Part shown: piece by piece, positions 15,894-29,799 of the stretch
Numbering within the stretch: the first letter of the stretch is position 1
Layout: each line of letters begins with the position of its first letter
Source of the DNA: the human T2T-CHM13v2.0 reference genome, Homo sapiens
Assembly: GCF_009914755.1 (NCBI RefSeq)
Contig: NC_060940.1
Reading direction: 5' to 3' (one strand)
Length of the DNA stretch: 64,000 bases
Notes under the pieces: generated by a model
Told to the model about the DNA's origin: nothing
The model's database searches: none
What the model saw: only the letters and a program-made list of their open reading frames with translations
Made by a program: the position numbers and the translations under genes

Positions 15894-16084
15894 TTTGCTT
15901 TTTCTCTTGATGACATTAAGTATTTCCTTGTTCCTGGATTATGAATACCCTGTAGTACTGTTCCTAATTTATATAGGAGGAAACTGAGGCTCAGAGAGTT
16001 TCAAAGACTTGGTTGAAAGCCACAGAGCCAGGCCCATTTAACCTTAATATCTTCAGAGAGGTTTAAAAAAAAAAAGAAAAAAAG

Positions 16085-16525
<441 letters not shown>

Positions 16526-17646
16526 ATCTGTTCACCACCATACCTTACCCCTCCCCCACAAAGGAAGGTACCATGTTACCCCATGAACATGACTCCAACC
16601 CTCACCCGCCAACCTCAAGAAGAAAAATTCGGGATCCCGTGACTTCACAGCAGAAACAGAAAAACTCAAATAATCCATCAGGAAGTTGAGCACTGAGGTT
16701 AATACACACAGGACCATCTTCCTCTAGCTCAACAGTCTTGACTTTTCAGGGCCGTGACCCAGAAGGGAGGTGCCCGTGCAGAAGGCAGAACAGGAAGAGG
16801 TTCTTAGCACCCACTGTTTTCTCTTCCTGCACAGCCGCCTTGGGCAGCTGCCTGTGAACAGCCTGGCTGTTTTTCTCCTAGCTCTCTCGGAAGGAAGTGC
16901 TCTCATCACCCACGACAACAGAGTTGGCCCGAGGAGCCAAAAACGTGCAAAGGGGCTCCAAGCCCAGCTCTCCTTCTGTTCGGGGCAGCCTCAGAGACAG
17001 GAAGATGGGAAGAAAGTATGGCCTGGGATAGAACATCCTGCGAGACCCTTACAAAGCCCCAGCTGTGGGGGAAGGGAACAACAGGAGGGGGCCAGAGGAA
17101 GGGGGTCCAGGTCACACCAATTTTATACAATGAGCTCCTTTCATCCGTGAATAGAGGACTCTCCTTAACTCTGTCTCAATGGCTTTGTTTCTGAAACGAT
17201 CAATTCTACACCCAGAAAGCCAAATTTGCCAGACCTCATGCCAAGGTCAGGCAAGAGCCTGAGATCCCCCAAGCAAGTTGATAATCAACACGCAGGAGAC
17301 GACGCTGTGCTAAGTCCCATTTGGCGGATCCAAAGCTTACAACGATCCGCTTTCATTTCTACGCCTTCTGCAGTGGGGCGGGGTTGGGGGACCCTCGCTC
17401 ACATGCATGCCACGCTTGGTGGAACTGTAGGCTGTATTCAGGAGAGTAAGTGTTACTTTCCCAGGGACTTCATTGAGACATCTGCGGGGAGGGCAGGATG
17501 AGAAAGAGCTGGAGAAACAAGATGCAAGGTAAAGTGTGTGGTCTCACACTGAACACGTTCATGAAGTGGTGGGAAGCAACCCTAGTGACTCAGCAGTGGC
17601 CTCTGTTTAGCCAGCACTTTGAGAACACGATCTTCATGGGCTGACT

Positions 17647-18005
17647 GCAGAGGTGGCCAACAGAAACTGGAATCTACAAGCAGTATTCAGCTCAGGCATA
17701 GTTTGTTCAGCCTGCACAATGTTTTAAAAAGAACAACAAAAACCTACATAGGATGCCAATACTTCACATTCAGGAGGTTTCCCATAAAACTGCAAAGTTC
17801 TGGCATTTTTTGGAAAAATCAGAAGACCTAGCTACACAAATCCAGCATTTTCCTAAGGCACTGCCTTTCTGGCACTGGAAAGCAGCTATCTCCCTTAGAA
17901 GGGTCACAGGCCCTCCTGCTTGCCACAGTCCCCGCCCCAGACACATGTCCTTCACTTACGGCTGCCAGTGTGGCTGCTGTGGGCATTGGTGTTTGTAATC
18001 TCTGG
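17647..18005 (+). mobile_element. MER102-like, near full length
   Basis: cagaggtggccaac...gtttgttcagcctgcacaatgttttaaaa...ggaaaaatcagaagacctagc...ttgccacagtcccc...ggcattggtgtttgtaatctctg. Confidence 0.7.
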
Positions 18006-18829
18006 TTTAGTGGATCCTAAGCTAAGCCCAGCACTTTCAGCTGGAGGACCTGAGGTTAGAGAGAAGGACGGGATATGAACCATAGACAGGTTGTAAAGTA
18101 ACGTGGCTGCAAAGTCCAAGAATAATTTAACTCAAGAAGCACCTATGAATGCACACCCAGGAATACAAGGCAGAGAGCAAAGTTGACTCCCATGGATAGG
18201 GGTGAGAGTCCTGTCTTCTCATCAGCCCCTGCTACATACTTTTGACAACTTGTCCCACTTCCCCAGGACCAGGGACTATCTTCTTTGTTTTTATGCTTAA
18301 TGAAGTCCTAAGACTGCCACATAGAAAGCACTTGGTAAATTCTTGCTGAACCAAAATCAACGGAAACCCAATTCATGTTATAGGTGGAATCTGAGAGATG
18401 TATGCTGAGAACTCAGCCAACTTCTGAGCTGTAGGATGTTTTCCTGACTGTAAGTCAAGGCAAGTCCTCCCTATAAAGAAGAGTTTGGGGTATAAATGAC
18501 ACAGCAGAAGGAGACAAGCTCAACCTACTGATTGGCTAATGTCTGAGATGAGGAAGCAGAAAGGTTAGTCTTTATAGGATATGTAGCATATCTGATGAGC
18601 TATGGTCTGTTAGGAAGGTACTATACGTACTAATTTCATAAAATTGAAGTATGTTCCAACTTATCAAAGGATGCAAAAACTCCACAGAAGGAAGGAAGGA
18701 CCTCATGTGGTGGCAGGTGCAGCATATTTTACTGCAACCTTTCTAGGTCTAAAAAGGTAAAATGAGGTTTATCACATCTGCTTCTGCTGTGTATAGCCAT
18801 GGCTAGTTTTCTCCAGCTCTGTTTATTAA

Positions 18830-18930
18830 GAGACAGAGAGAAAGAAAGAGAGAGTGTATGTGTGTGAATATGCATGTGTGTACACACACATATGTGAGCA
18901 TCCACATGCACATACAGGTATGCATGTGTG
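18830..18930. repeat. (GA)n/(TG)n-derived low-complexity tract
   Basis: agacagagagaaagaaagagagagtgtatgtgtgtg... Confidence 0.8.
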
Positions 18931-19682
18931 GTCTCTTTCATTCAACACCCCCCCAAAAAAAGTTGCTATGGGATCTGTAGATTTTGTTTGCTGAGTATCC
19001 CTAATTTTGGAATTCCCTCTGTTCTAAGTTGCCCCATTCTTGGTACTAATTTCAAATGGCTGTGGGGGAGGGGAGGCTAGCTTCAGACAAGATTCCACTA
19101 AGAGTTTTACTTCTGAGCTGGGATAGAAGCAGGAAAGAATAACAGGAAAAACATGCAGCATCCCATCTCTGCACTTTGCATTTAGTTATAATTATTCACG
19201 CAGGAGCATCTTTAAACACCAAACGAGGGAAATATTACAGTTGTTCTGATTTCACATGCTAACTGTGTTTACATGCTAACAGCATTTCTCAGGGACAATT
19301 ATCTTATTACTAGTGCACTAATCTTTTCAATCTTTTCAACACATTTTACAGCTGCAGACTTCAAAAATTAAGGCTAATTAAGACCTTGCTTTCAGCAGGT
19401 ACAGTAAACTACTCACATTCCAACATGGTAAAAGAAAATCAGTTTAGGGGAAAGGGTGTTAGAGGGGCACAGTGTCAATGGCAGACAGAATACATTAGAT
19501 AGCTTCCATCAGTGTGAGGACTACAACTCTCCCAATGCTAATGTTCAAGAACAAGTTCCATTAATGGTAAGGCCTGTCGAATTCAGGACCAAGGACAGCT
19601 GGTCTGGCCCATTTTTAAGAGAAAGTGGGTATTTTGCATTCAATTATCCGTTTCCATTCATTATCTTCTTCCGTGTGACTTC

Positions 19683-19920
19683 AGCATAGAATAGTGGCTA
19701 AGAACATGGAAACTTGTATCAGAGTCTCTGTGTACAAATGCCGGCTCAATTATTTTCCGTTTGAACTTGAGCAAATTACTTGAGATCTTGGTGCCTCAGT
19801 TTCCTCATATGCGAAGTAGGAATAATAATAATGACATATACCTACTTCCCAGGCCTGTTATTAGGATTCACCGAATATCTGTAAAGCACTTACAACAATG
19901 TCTGATCATAATAAATCATC
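19683..19920 (+). mobile_element. MIR
   Basis: aatagtggctaagaacatgg...ttgagcaaattacttga...gcctcagtttcctcatatg. Confidence 0.85.
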
Positions 19921-20319
19921 AAATACGTATTTCTTTTAAAAAGTGTGGTCTATAAGGACTAACAACAAACATCTGTTTTCTAACACGTTCTTGACCTCAC
20001 ATGTACTCACTGCATTATGGGCCATTTGAGGGCTGCTAATATATAATCATAGCTATATTTATTGTGCCTGTTAGCAATACATTCTCCAGTTACTTGCCCT
20101 GCTATCTCATTAGCTGCCATATAAAACCAGCACCTTGGATCATCCAATATTATTTTTTGTTTTGTTTCGTTTTAAATCACAGAGAAGCAGAATGCTCTCT
20201 GAAGGGCTGTTGTTGGAATCCATATTCACAGTCCAGCTTCTCAGATCCCAAGCAAAAGCTCTGGCATCCCAAGTTGTGGCGTCTGAGAAACCAGTAATCA
20301 GCGTCTACAGTGCTCGGGC

Positions 20320-20850
20320 CACTGACGTTCATCAGGCACCTACTATGTGCCTCAACCTAGGCTTGAGAGGCTGCTTTTTGAATGCTCACACCAACTCTGT
20401 GGGGAAGATAATGCTGGCCCCATTTTATAGATGAGGAAACTGAGGCTTCAGACAATTCTACAGCCACAAAACTTGTGAATAAAACAAAGTTACCGTGTAG
20501 TACACGTGTTTCATTCTCTCCAGCCACACACTTTTAAGCCAGCTGGCGGAATTTCTCAAGATGATGAATACTATTATTTTTACTAGCTGTAGAACTCATA
20601 ATAATGGTTGTTACCATCAACACCAACATACAGCATGTGCCAGGCACTGACATATTTTACTCACTTAATTCTGACAACTGCCCTTAAGGAATGGACTCCT
20701 ATTAGCCTCTATTTACAGATGAGGGACCTGGGCTCAGAGAGGTTATGCCATGTGCCCAAAGTCACACAGCTGCACAGTGTTGGAGCTAGAATTTGATCAA
20801 ATTCAGGAGATCCAGCTTGAGAACACTGCTCGTGAACACTATTCTCCAGC
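20320..20850 (-). mobile_element. Two adjacent MIR relics (about 20320-20480 and 20600-20850)
   Basis: cccattttatagatgaggaaactgaggc; atttacagatgagggacctgggctcagagagg...cccaaagtcacacagc. Confidence 0.8.
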
Positions 20851-21039
20851 CTCTCGTAATACCTATAAAATTCAACAACTGTCTCCTTTTCAATGGACAC
20901 ATAAGGTATCTTTAACAAGATAGCTACAGGGAGTATTGATTCCATCATCTTATATCAAACAACTGATTGCAAAATTGGTGATTTAGTTAGATTTGTGATA
21001 AATGCTGCCAAAGGGGAGAAGGTAGGGACAGAAAACACA

Positions 21040-21390
21040 GGAACTTCATCCAGGAGAGAAGATCAGAAAGGTTCTTTCAGAAAGGGAGAATTAAACTGGC
21101 TGCCAAAGAATGAGTGAGAATCAACTTGTCCAAGGTAGAGGAGAGGACAAGCATTTTAGGCAGAAGGAGAAGCATGAATAAAGGCTCTGTGGTGGGAAGG
21201 CACTCATAATTTTGAGGACACAAAGAAAGGAAGTCTGAATCTAGAATCAACATTGAGAAGGTGAGTAGCATATGATAAAGTGGTAGGATTTGGTGTAGGG
21301 GCCACCAGGTCAGGGAGTCCCTTTGGGTGCTAGGAAGGAGCTTGAGTCTTATCCAAAGAGCAACAGGGAGTCACTGCCAAAGTTCCTGTG
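21040..21390 (-). mobile_element. L2 relic
   Basis: gcattttaggcagaaggagaagcatgaataaaggctctgtggtgggaag...gagcttgagtcttatccaaagagcaacagggagtcactg. Confidence 0.7.
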
Positions 21391-21946
21391 TAGATTGATT
21401 GGAATCTTCATCAGGATCAGCCTTCACTCCTACTCCCTAGATTATAATATTTGGCTTTTACATAATCAGATCCAAAGGTACTTCTGAAAACCAACTCAGT
21501 GAATCAGCACACTGAAGATTTTCAAAATAAGTCTCAAATAATTCCTATTCCCCATTTTTAGGGATCATGATATAACCCACACGGTCTAAGACATTATGTT
21601 GCTACTACCATGCCGTACTAATTATTCAACCCTCAGTATTGTTATTACAGACAGAAAAAAAAAAACAAGAGGTGATATCTTGTAACATGAAAGTCAAAAA
21701 AAATCTTTTTTCTGTCTAAAATAGAAGGACAAAAAAAATCAATCTAGGTTAGAAAACATCAATTTGCAAGAGTTCTATGGCTGAGGAAAATGGCATGAGT
21801 ATTTGTAGGCTGAAACAAATGAGCAGCTAAAACATCCCCCCACCACCTCCCACACATAACCAAATGGGACAGACTACTTCTGGCATGTTTCCATTTACTC
21901 ACACCTACAATGTGCTAGGTGCTATGGTTTATTTCAACCCCATAAC

Positions 21947-22053
21947 CAGTGTGACCAAGCATCCCAGCTTGCCTGGGACTGAGGATATGGGACGTTCAGC
22001 ACTAAAAATCAGGCATATCCCAGACCAACTAGGACACACTGGTGGCTCAACCT
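21947..22053. mobile_element. MER81 (hAT-Blackjack) MITE inserted in a MIR
   Basis: gtgaccaagcatcccagcttgcctgggactgagg...ttcagcactaaaa...cccagaccaactaggac resembles the MER81 consensus. Confidence 0.6.
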
Positions 22054-22184
22054 GCAACAACCACAGCTATTAATATAAGGCAGACACAGGCTCAGAGAGG
22101 TGGAGACACTTGTTAATGTCACACAGCAGGTAAGGGGCAGAGACCAAGATTCAAGTTCCAGTCCGTGCAACTTCAAATCCTATA

Positions 22185-22400
22185 ATAACATTTCTTAGGC
22201 ACTTATTATGGACTAGGTAGTGCTTTAAGCCCATTTAGAAGCATTATAAGCATTAATTAATCCTCGCAACATCTCTATGAAGTACATACTATTCTGGGTC
22301 TTGTTTTATAGATGGAAAATTCAAAGCTAAGATTAGCTAATAACTCACCCAAAATCCCCCAGCCAAGAGGGACCTGGCTTTAGTGCCTATATTGTTAACC
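22185..22400 (-). mobile_element. MIR relic
   Basis: cacttattatggactaggtagtgctttaag...aatcctcgcaacatctctatgaag...ttttatagatgg. Confidence 0.7.
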
Positions 22401-22493
22401 GGCCCATCCAACAGACCCCTGGGCAAAAACCCTGTCGCAATGCAAAAAAAAAAATAAAATTTTAGCTGTTTCTTGTTCAAGATAACATTTAAA

Positions 22494-22516
22494 ACACACA
22501 CACACACACACACACA
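22494..22516. repeat. (CA)n microsatellite
   Basis: Read directly from sequence. Confidence 0.95.
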
Positions 22517-23145
22517 GAAAAGATTAGACGAGAGGTCTGGAAAAACAAGTTGCTCTGAGTCTTACAGCCACCACAAAGCAGGAATTGCTAGTGGCTGCTG
22601 ATTTACAAGGCTCTCTGGTGAATTACAGAAAGGGAAATACAGTCAGATTTGATAAGGCTGGTCAAGTTCGGTGCTCAAGAGCAGTCCATGATCCAGAGAG
22701 GCCGGGAACATGCTCCTGGGCCCTCGTGCCCATCAGATCAATCCCCACCGGCCAGGTGGATGGGTCTGCTGTTGGGACAGGCAGCCTGGAACCACATTTC
22801 CACGCTTCAGATAAAGGTGGCTTCCGGAGCCCGGCCTTTCACTACCATGCCCTGGGGGCACCACAGGCAAAGACCCAGACTTGAACGGCTGGAGCCACTG
22901 GTGTCCCTACGATGTATGTGCAGGGGGAGGTGGCAGTGTTGAAAAGGGACGGTCATCACTGCACCACCATTACCATTAGCATTAATCACTGAGTGTGTTT
23001 GCTTGCGTCAGAGCCTGTACTGTTAATAAACCCTGACCTGTGTATCCAACCACTTTACAGAGAAGGAAGTGGGACTGTGGATCACAGCCAGCGTTGCCCT
23101 AGGGCTTAGAGGGGCCCATCCCACTGTGCTTTCACGACCTGGTGG

Positions 23146-23353
23146 CAGTGGTTCTCAACCAGGGGGGTGGTTTTGTCCCCCAGGGAACATTTGACACTGT
23201 CTAGAGACACGCTTATTTGTCATAACTTGAAAGGGAGCGTGTACTGGCACCTAGAGGGTAGAGACAGGGATGGCGCTCCATATCCTACAATGCACAGGTC
23301 AGCTGATCCTTTATCCAGCCCCAAACATCTATAGTATGGGGCTGAGAAACCCC
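23146..23353 (+). mobile_element. MER20, full length
   Basis: cagtggttctcaaccaggggg...cagggaacatttgacactgtctagagac...catatcctacaatgcacagg...gctgagaaaccc. Confidence 0.9.
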
Positions 23354-23554
23354 AACCTAAGAGGACAGAGGTAGGCCAACCACAGCCAGCCAAGCTTGCA
23401 GGTTGTGTCCTTCCAGACCCTTCCTCAGGGTACCAGCCACTCAAACTAGAAGCCAGTGCTCAAGAGGATGGGTGATGTCTCTTTTGCTCACAGCTGCATC
23501 TGAAGGGCCTAAAACAGATTTGGTGACTTGTCTTTTCTGTTAAAGAACAGGGAC

Positions 23555-23863
<309 letters not shown>

Positions 23864-23905
23864 ATAGGGACCAAATGACGAATGAACAAGAAATGCACCC
23901 AACCA

Positions 23906-24210
<305 letters not shown>

Positions 24211-25609
24211 CTATTCTGGGTCTTGTTTTTATAGATGGAATAGTCAAGGCTCAGATTAACTAATAACTCACCCAAGATCCCCCAGCCAGGAAGAAGGACC
24301 TGGTTCTAGTGCCTATGTTGTTAACCTGCCCATCAAACAGACCTGTTGGGACCTCATGAGGCCAGACACTAACCCCCTGTCCTCAGCTAGACATGGCGAT
24401 AGAGTTCCCATTGTCTGGATGGCAGAATCTTCCCATCACTGCAGTGGTTCAAGACATCCAGGCTCTTTGTTTGGCGGGACAGCCAGCCTGCTCTATTCTC
24501 AGGGGAAGGGCTTTGAGAATGGCTTATTTAGCTCACTCCCCAAGAAGCTTATCACCCCAACCCCACCCCTGCCCAACAAACACATTCCCATCAGGAAAGC
24601 TGGACGACCCTGCCTTCCATGGAATGGAAGCTATGATCCCATCCATTCAGTTCAGCCTCTCATAAACGCTCTGTTCCAAACATAACCAGAATAGTCAGGG
24701 AGTCCTCGAAACCCAGACATGACTTATTTTCTATTTCTAGCTTAACCACGTGATGCCTGTGAGTTTCAAGCACTGGAGCATCCCCATTCACGCTGGAACC
24801 ATCTCATCTAGAAAGGGGAGGGTGTACAAGCAGCTCTGGATCAGCCCACTGGGGTTCAGAACAAGCAAAAGAATTTCTTTACCTCCCCTGAGTTTCAGCC
24901 TCAAAGAGCAGCAAAGAACCTGGAGCCCATTAAATCCAGCTGTGCTCATTGTACAAAGGGAAGAACTGAGGCTTTGGAGGACAAAGAAGATACCCAGATG
25001 ATCTGCATTGCTCTTTTTCTCCCTTGCTTCTTTCTCTCTTGTTGAATTGGAATAGGTCAAACCTGTCTACAGTACTCAAATGTCACGGGGGTTTCCTCCA
25101 CTAGGCATGGGGCAGAGCTTATTCTCAATAAATGTTCGAGAATGAAACGTCAGCAATTAACTAGCAGGCAACTTTGGAGAGGATTTCACTTCCCCTATAA
25201 TTAAACACAACAAATGGCACGAATGTTGAAGGGACAATATGCATGGGTGTGTGTGAGAAAGAGGAAGAGACTGCAGTTCCCATACCAAATAGGTATTTAT
25301 TTGTTCCAAGACTTTTTTTTTTCACCAAAAAATGCTTTAATATAATCACCTTTTAAATAATATACACTGTCATCTTGATTATGTCTATTGGGCTTACTCA
25401 AAGAGGCCAGGACCTTGCAGAGAAATGAGCCTGAGGTTTCCTTCTGCCAGGTCACCAGTCAATGGATATTTCCCAAAAGGTGGATCTTTTAATATATGAC
25501 TGCATAATTTAACCTAAAATCCTAGTTAGTATTCTAGCAAGATGTCTCCTTCTAATTGAGGTAATTTCTAGGAATATGTTGCTAAAAGTTTCCTTTTCTT
25601 CAAATAAAG

Positions 25610-25850
25610 CAATAACTGCCATTTATGAAGCACGTATTAGGTGCCAGGTACTTCACTGGCCTTAACTCTTTGTAACTCATGTTTTCACCGTCACGACAAC
25701 ACTGTAAGGCAAATTACGACCAGTTCACAGCCAGGAAAACTGAGACTGAGGCAGAAAAGTAACTGGCCCAGTGCTGCAGAACCAGTAAGAGGCTGAGCTG
25801 GGGTTAGAACCTAGGAATGACTCTCAAGTCCAAGCTCTTTATACTGTATT
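25610..25850 (-). mobile_element. MIR relic
   Basis: atttatgaagcacgtattaggtgccaggtac...gaaaactgagactgagg. Confidence 0.7.
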
Positions 25851-26737
25851 CTCCTAAGCTCAGATTAAAACCCACTCCATCCCCTACTTTCTTAGTATTT
25901 CTTCATAGACAGAATATTTCAAGGAATTTAACTTTTACCACAAGGGATACAAAACAAGGAATGAGAGGACCTGTCTTACCTCCGCTTTATCACAACCACT
26001 TTGCAAAGTTACTGAGATTCAACAGCTTTGTCTGCTAAATGGGCACATAGCCCTTCAACCACTCCTTTGCTTTGCTGCCAGAAACAAAGGAAAAGGCAGG
26101 AAAAAAGTGCATATTTCTTCCAGAATTGTCAGAGGCCAGCAGATCTTCCTGCAGGATGTCAGCCTAAGCAATCTTTCAAATGCTCCCCGGGCAGGCAGCC
26201 CAACCCACCACACTCCGCTCCAAGGAGACACCTCCTAAAATAAACCCTGCTAACTTCAGTTAGCTCACCCTAAAGACTATATATAGAAGAAAAGACTCAG
26301 GAGTTCCCATTTGGCAGCAGCTTCTCCAAAACTCAGCGCAAATGGCTGATTTCTAACTTAATCTCCAACATCTGACAGGCGGCTTTAAATCAGGGAGGCC
26401 GACTAAGAGATGGAAAACCTCTGTGAGGCCAGCCCAGCCTGCCTGGGGGCAGAGACACCCCAGGGCTTTTCAGCAAACTGGAATGGCATGAAAATGGGAA
26501 CCTGGCCCCCGGAGGATGCGGGAGAGAAATTAGACAAGGTGTGGTGGGTGGGAGCAGGATCCAGCCCAGCCAGGCCACTGGGCATGTTGTGGGGGTAGCT
26601 GGGGGTAGAGGACAGTGATCTGTACAGAGGCACTGCTGTGAATTCTGAATCTTGGTGTCTTCTGGGCCTCATGTTATCCTAGAGAATAACAGAAAGCCAG
26701 GGAAAGCTTTGAGTCTCCACATCTATGAAATGAAGGA

Positions 26738-26739
<2 letters not shown>

Positions 26740-26804
<65 letters not shown>
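26740..26804. repeat. Compound (CT)n(CA)n microsatellite
   Basis: Read directly from sequence. Confidence 0.95.
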
Positions 26805-26807
<3 letters not shown>

Positions 26808-27016
26808 CTTACCTCCAGAGAGCCAGACATTCACTCTCAAGACACTTTTGAAAATACTGGTCTTTCCAAAGACCATCATTTGTATTTGTATTTGAAAGAT
26901 TGCTTAGGCTGAATTCTGTAGGAAGACCTGCTGGCCTCTGATAGTTCTGGAAGAAATATGCACTTTTGTCTCCATTTTCCTTTGTGTCTGGCAACAATGC
27001 TAAGAGGTGGTTGGAG

Positions 27017-27332
27017 GGCTGGGAGCAGTGCCTCACACCTGTAATCCCAGCATTTTGGGAGGCCAAGGCAGGCGGATCACTTGAGGTCGGGAGTTCGAGA
27101 CCAGCCTGGCCAACATGGTGAAACCCCATCTCTACTAAAAACACAAAAATTAGCTAGGCATGGTGGTGCACACCTGTAATCCCAGCTATTCGGGAGGCTG
27201 AGGCAGAAGAATCACCTGAACCCAGGAGGCGGAGGTTGCAGTGAGCTGAGATCATGCCACTGAACTCCAGCCTGGGCGACAGACCCAGAATCTGTCTCTA
27301 AATAAATAAATAAACAAATAAATAAAAATAAA
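27017..27332 (+). mobile_element. Alu (S-type) with (TAAA)n tail
   Basis: Perfect 15-bp TSD aagaggtggttggag (27002-27016 and 27333-27347). Confidence 0.96.
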
Positions 27333-27589
27333 AAGAGGTGGTTGGAGCGAGATGTGCCCATTTAGCAGACGAAGCAGTTGACTCTCAGTAACTCTGCAAA
27401 GTGGTTGTATATCCCATGGAAGGATATACAAGAAATTGTTAGCAATGATTCCTTTAAAGACAGAGACTGGAAAAGAAGGAGAAGTCTCCTATTTTATATC
27501 CTTTTCTCATGGGGGAATTTTGTTATCACATGCTTATACTCCTTATATTTAAAAAGCAAGTGTCATTCACAGATGGAGGGATAATAAGG

Positions 27590-28365
27590 TGGCTTCTCAA
27601 AAAATTAAATATAGAAAAACTAGATGTCAAATGCTATATAATCAGCAATTCCTCCTCTGGGTTCACAACCTAGTGAAAAGAAGGGGCTTGAACAGCTATT
27701 GGCATATCTGTGTTCAAAGCAGCATTACTCACAGTAGCTAAAAGGGGAAAGCTAGCCTAGTGTCCCTCCTGGAAGATCTGCGTGGATAAACCAAATGCAA
27801 TACACACATACCATGGACTAGTCAGCCTTAAAAAGGAAGGAAATTCTGACACATTCCGTGACAGGGACAAACCTCAAAGACATTATTTATGCTAAGAGAA
27901 ACCAGCCAGTTACAAAAGGACAAATACTGTGTGATTCCACTTATAGGAGGTACTTAGCGTAGTCAAAATCATAGACACAGAAAGAAGAATGGCAGTTTCC
28001 AGGGGCTGGGGGTGAGAGTGGACAATGAGGGGCTATACTTTGTTGTCGTTGTTTCTTTTTTTGTTTGTTTTGGCCTGCAAAGCGTTTTAGAACTTTTCAA
28101 TTAATCGCTAATGTTTGAAACTCAGAAAATGTAAACAAATCTAGAGTGAGAGAAAGCTCATCAGTTGTTTGCCTGTGGATGGGGTTTGGGGAAGAGGGAG
28201 GTAGTTATTGTAAAGAGAAATAAGAAAATCCTGGGGGTGATGTTCATTATATCCAATAATTTGGGGTGATGATGTCACAGGTGGATACAGATATCAAAAC
28301 TCATCAAATTTTACACTTTGAATATGCATAATTTATCACAAGCTAATTACATTTCAATAAAGCTG
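27590..28365 (+). mobile_element. L1M (L1MB-like) 3' fragments
   Basis: agcaattcctcctctggg...gcagcattactcacagtagctaaaagg...ccttaaaaaggaaggaaattctgacac...tgattccacttataggaggtac; ends acatttcaataaagctg. Confidence 0.85.
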
Positions 28366-28432
28366 GACAATTTTATTTATTTCATGCTATTCAAACAAAA
28401 AAGAAAAAAAAGAACAAATAAAAGGCAACACC

Positions 28433-28765
<333 letters not shown>

Positions 28766-29327
28766 TGAATTATTAATAGAAAATGTCTAACATTTTAGTT
28801 CTGACAGTCTATGAAATTGATTCTAAATCCAAGGAAACATTACAGAAGGAGAAATTAAGATTTCTAGGAATGAATTTATTTACTCAACTAACAGTGGCAA
28901 TGGATGTGGGCTAACAGTGCACTTCAACTTTATCTCAGTTAATCCTCACTGCAAGCCCATGAAGCATCTGTTGGTATTTTCCCCATTGAACAGATGACAA
29001 TACTGAGGCACAGAGAGGCCACCTTCCAGAATTGGGATGAGGGCAGGGATGATTCCAGAGTCCATGCTCTTACCCACTGTGCCGTGCCCCCTCCCTCAAT
29101 TGTCATTGGACACCCACTATGTGCTGGGCACTCTCTTGGCTAGATTCACAGTGAGAGAAGCCACTTTGGGCCAAAAGGCTGCAAGAAGGGGCAAATGGAG
29201 ATGCCGGTATTTGGGCCTCTCCATCTTTCTGGGGTGGAAAGTATCACTGCACATCATCACAGGTACACGGAGAGCTCCACGGTGGGCCCATTTCAGCAAG
29301 AGGCATTTTAAGGTCCCAGGAATTGTC

Positions 29328-29480
29328 CAAGGCACTGCTGCCCCATAAAACTTTCTGTGATGATAGAAACAGTCTCTGTACTGACCCCAGTGGAACTCAC
29401 TAGCCACACGTGGCTGCCCACCACTTGAAATGTGGCTGTTACAAATGTGGAATTGCATTTCTAATTCTATTTAAGATTAC
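29328..29480. mobile_element. MER3/MER33-type hAT-Charlie fragment
   Basis: aactttctgtgatgatagaaac...cactagccacacgtggct...cacttgaaatgtggct. Confidence 0.75.
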
Positions 29481-29799
29481 TGAATTTCAGTGTTAATGGG
29501 ACCCCACACAGAGTGGATTGCACAGTGTCACTGTGTCAGCAGAGCACAGCCTGGAGATCAAAGCACAGCACAAAGGTTGGCATCTCAGGACTCGGGGCAG
29601 GCCAGCCAAGAGTGCAACCAGCACAGCACATGGGAGATGAACTTGGCCCTACAGAGGAGCCAGTGTAACTGCCTCTGAATGCCCCCTTATCTACGTTTGA
29701 GTCAACCAGGATACTGAGGGCCATGTGGACCACAACACACATGCTCCAGATAACAGTCCCCATACTCCAGATAACGGTCCCCATACTGGCACTCACTAT

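Noticed and set aside
26028-27144. Similar peptides KSAYFFQN(C/Y)QRPA on opposite strands as paralogous genes
   Set aside because: Explained by the non-coding inverted duplication; the ORFs otherwise diverge and one starts in an Alu.
29740-29787. Short direct repeats as a CRISPR-like array
   Set aside because: Two adjacent units without spacers, in primate DNA; a simple tandem duplication.
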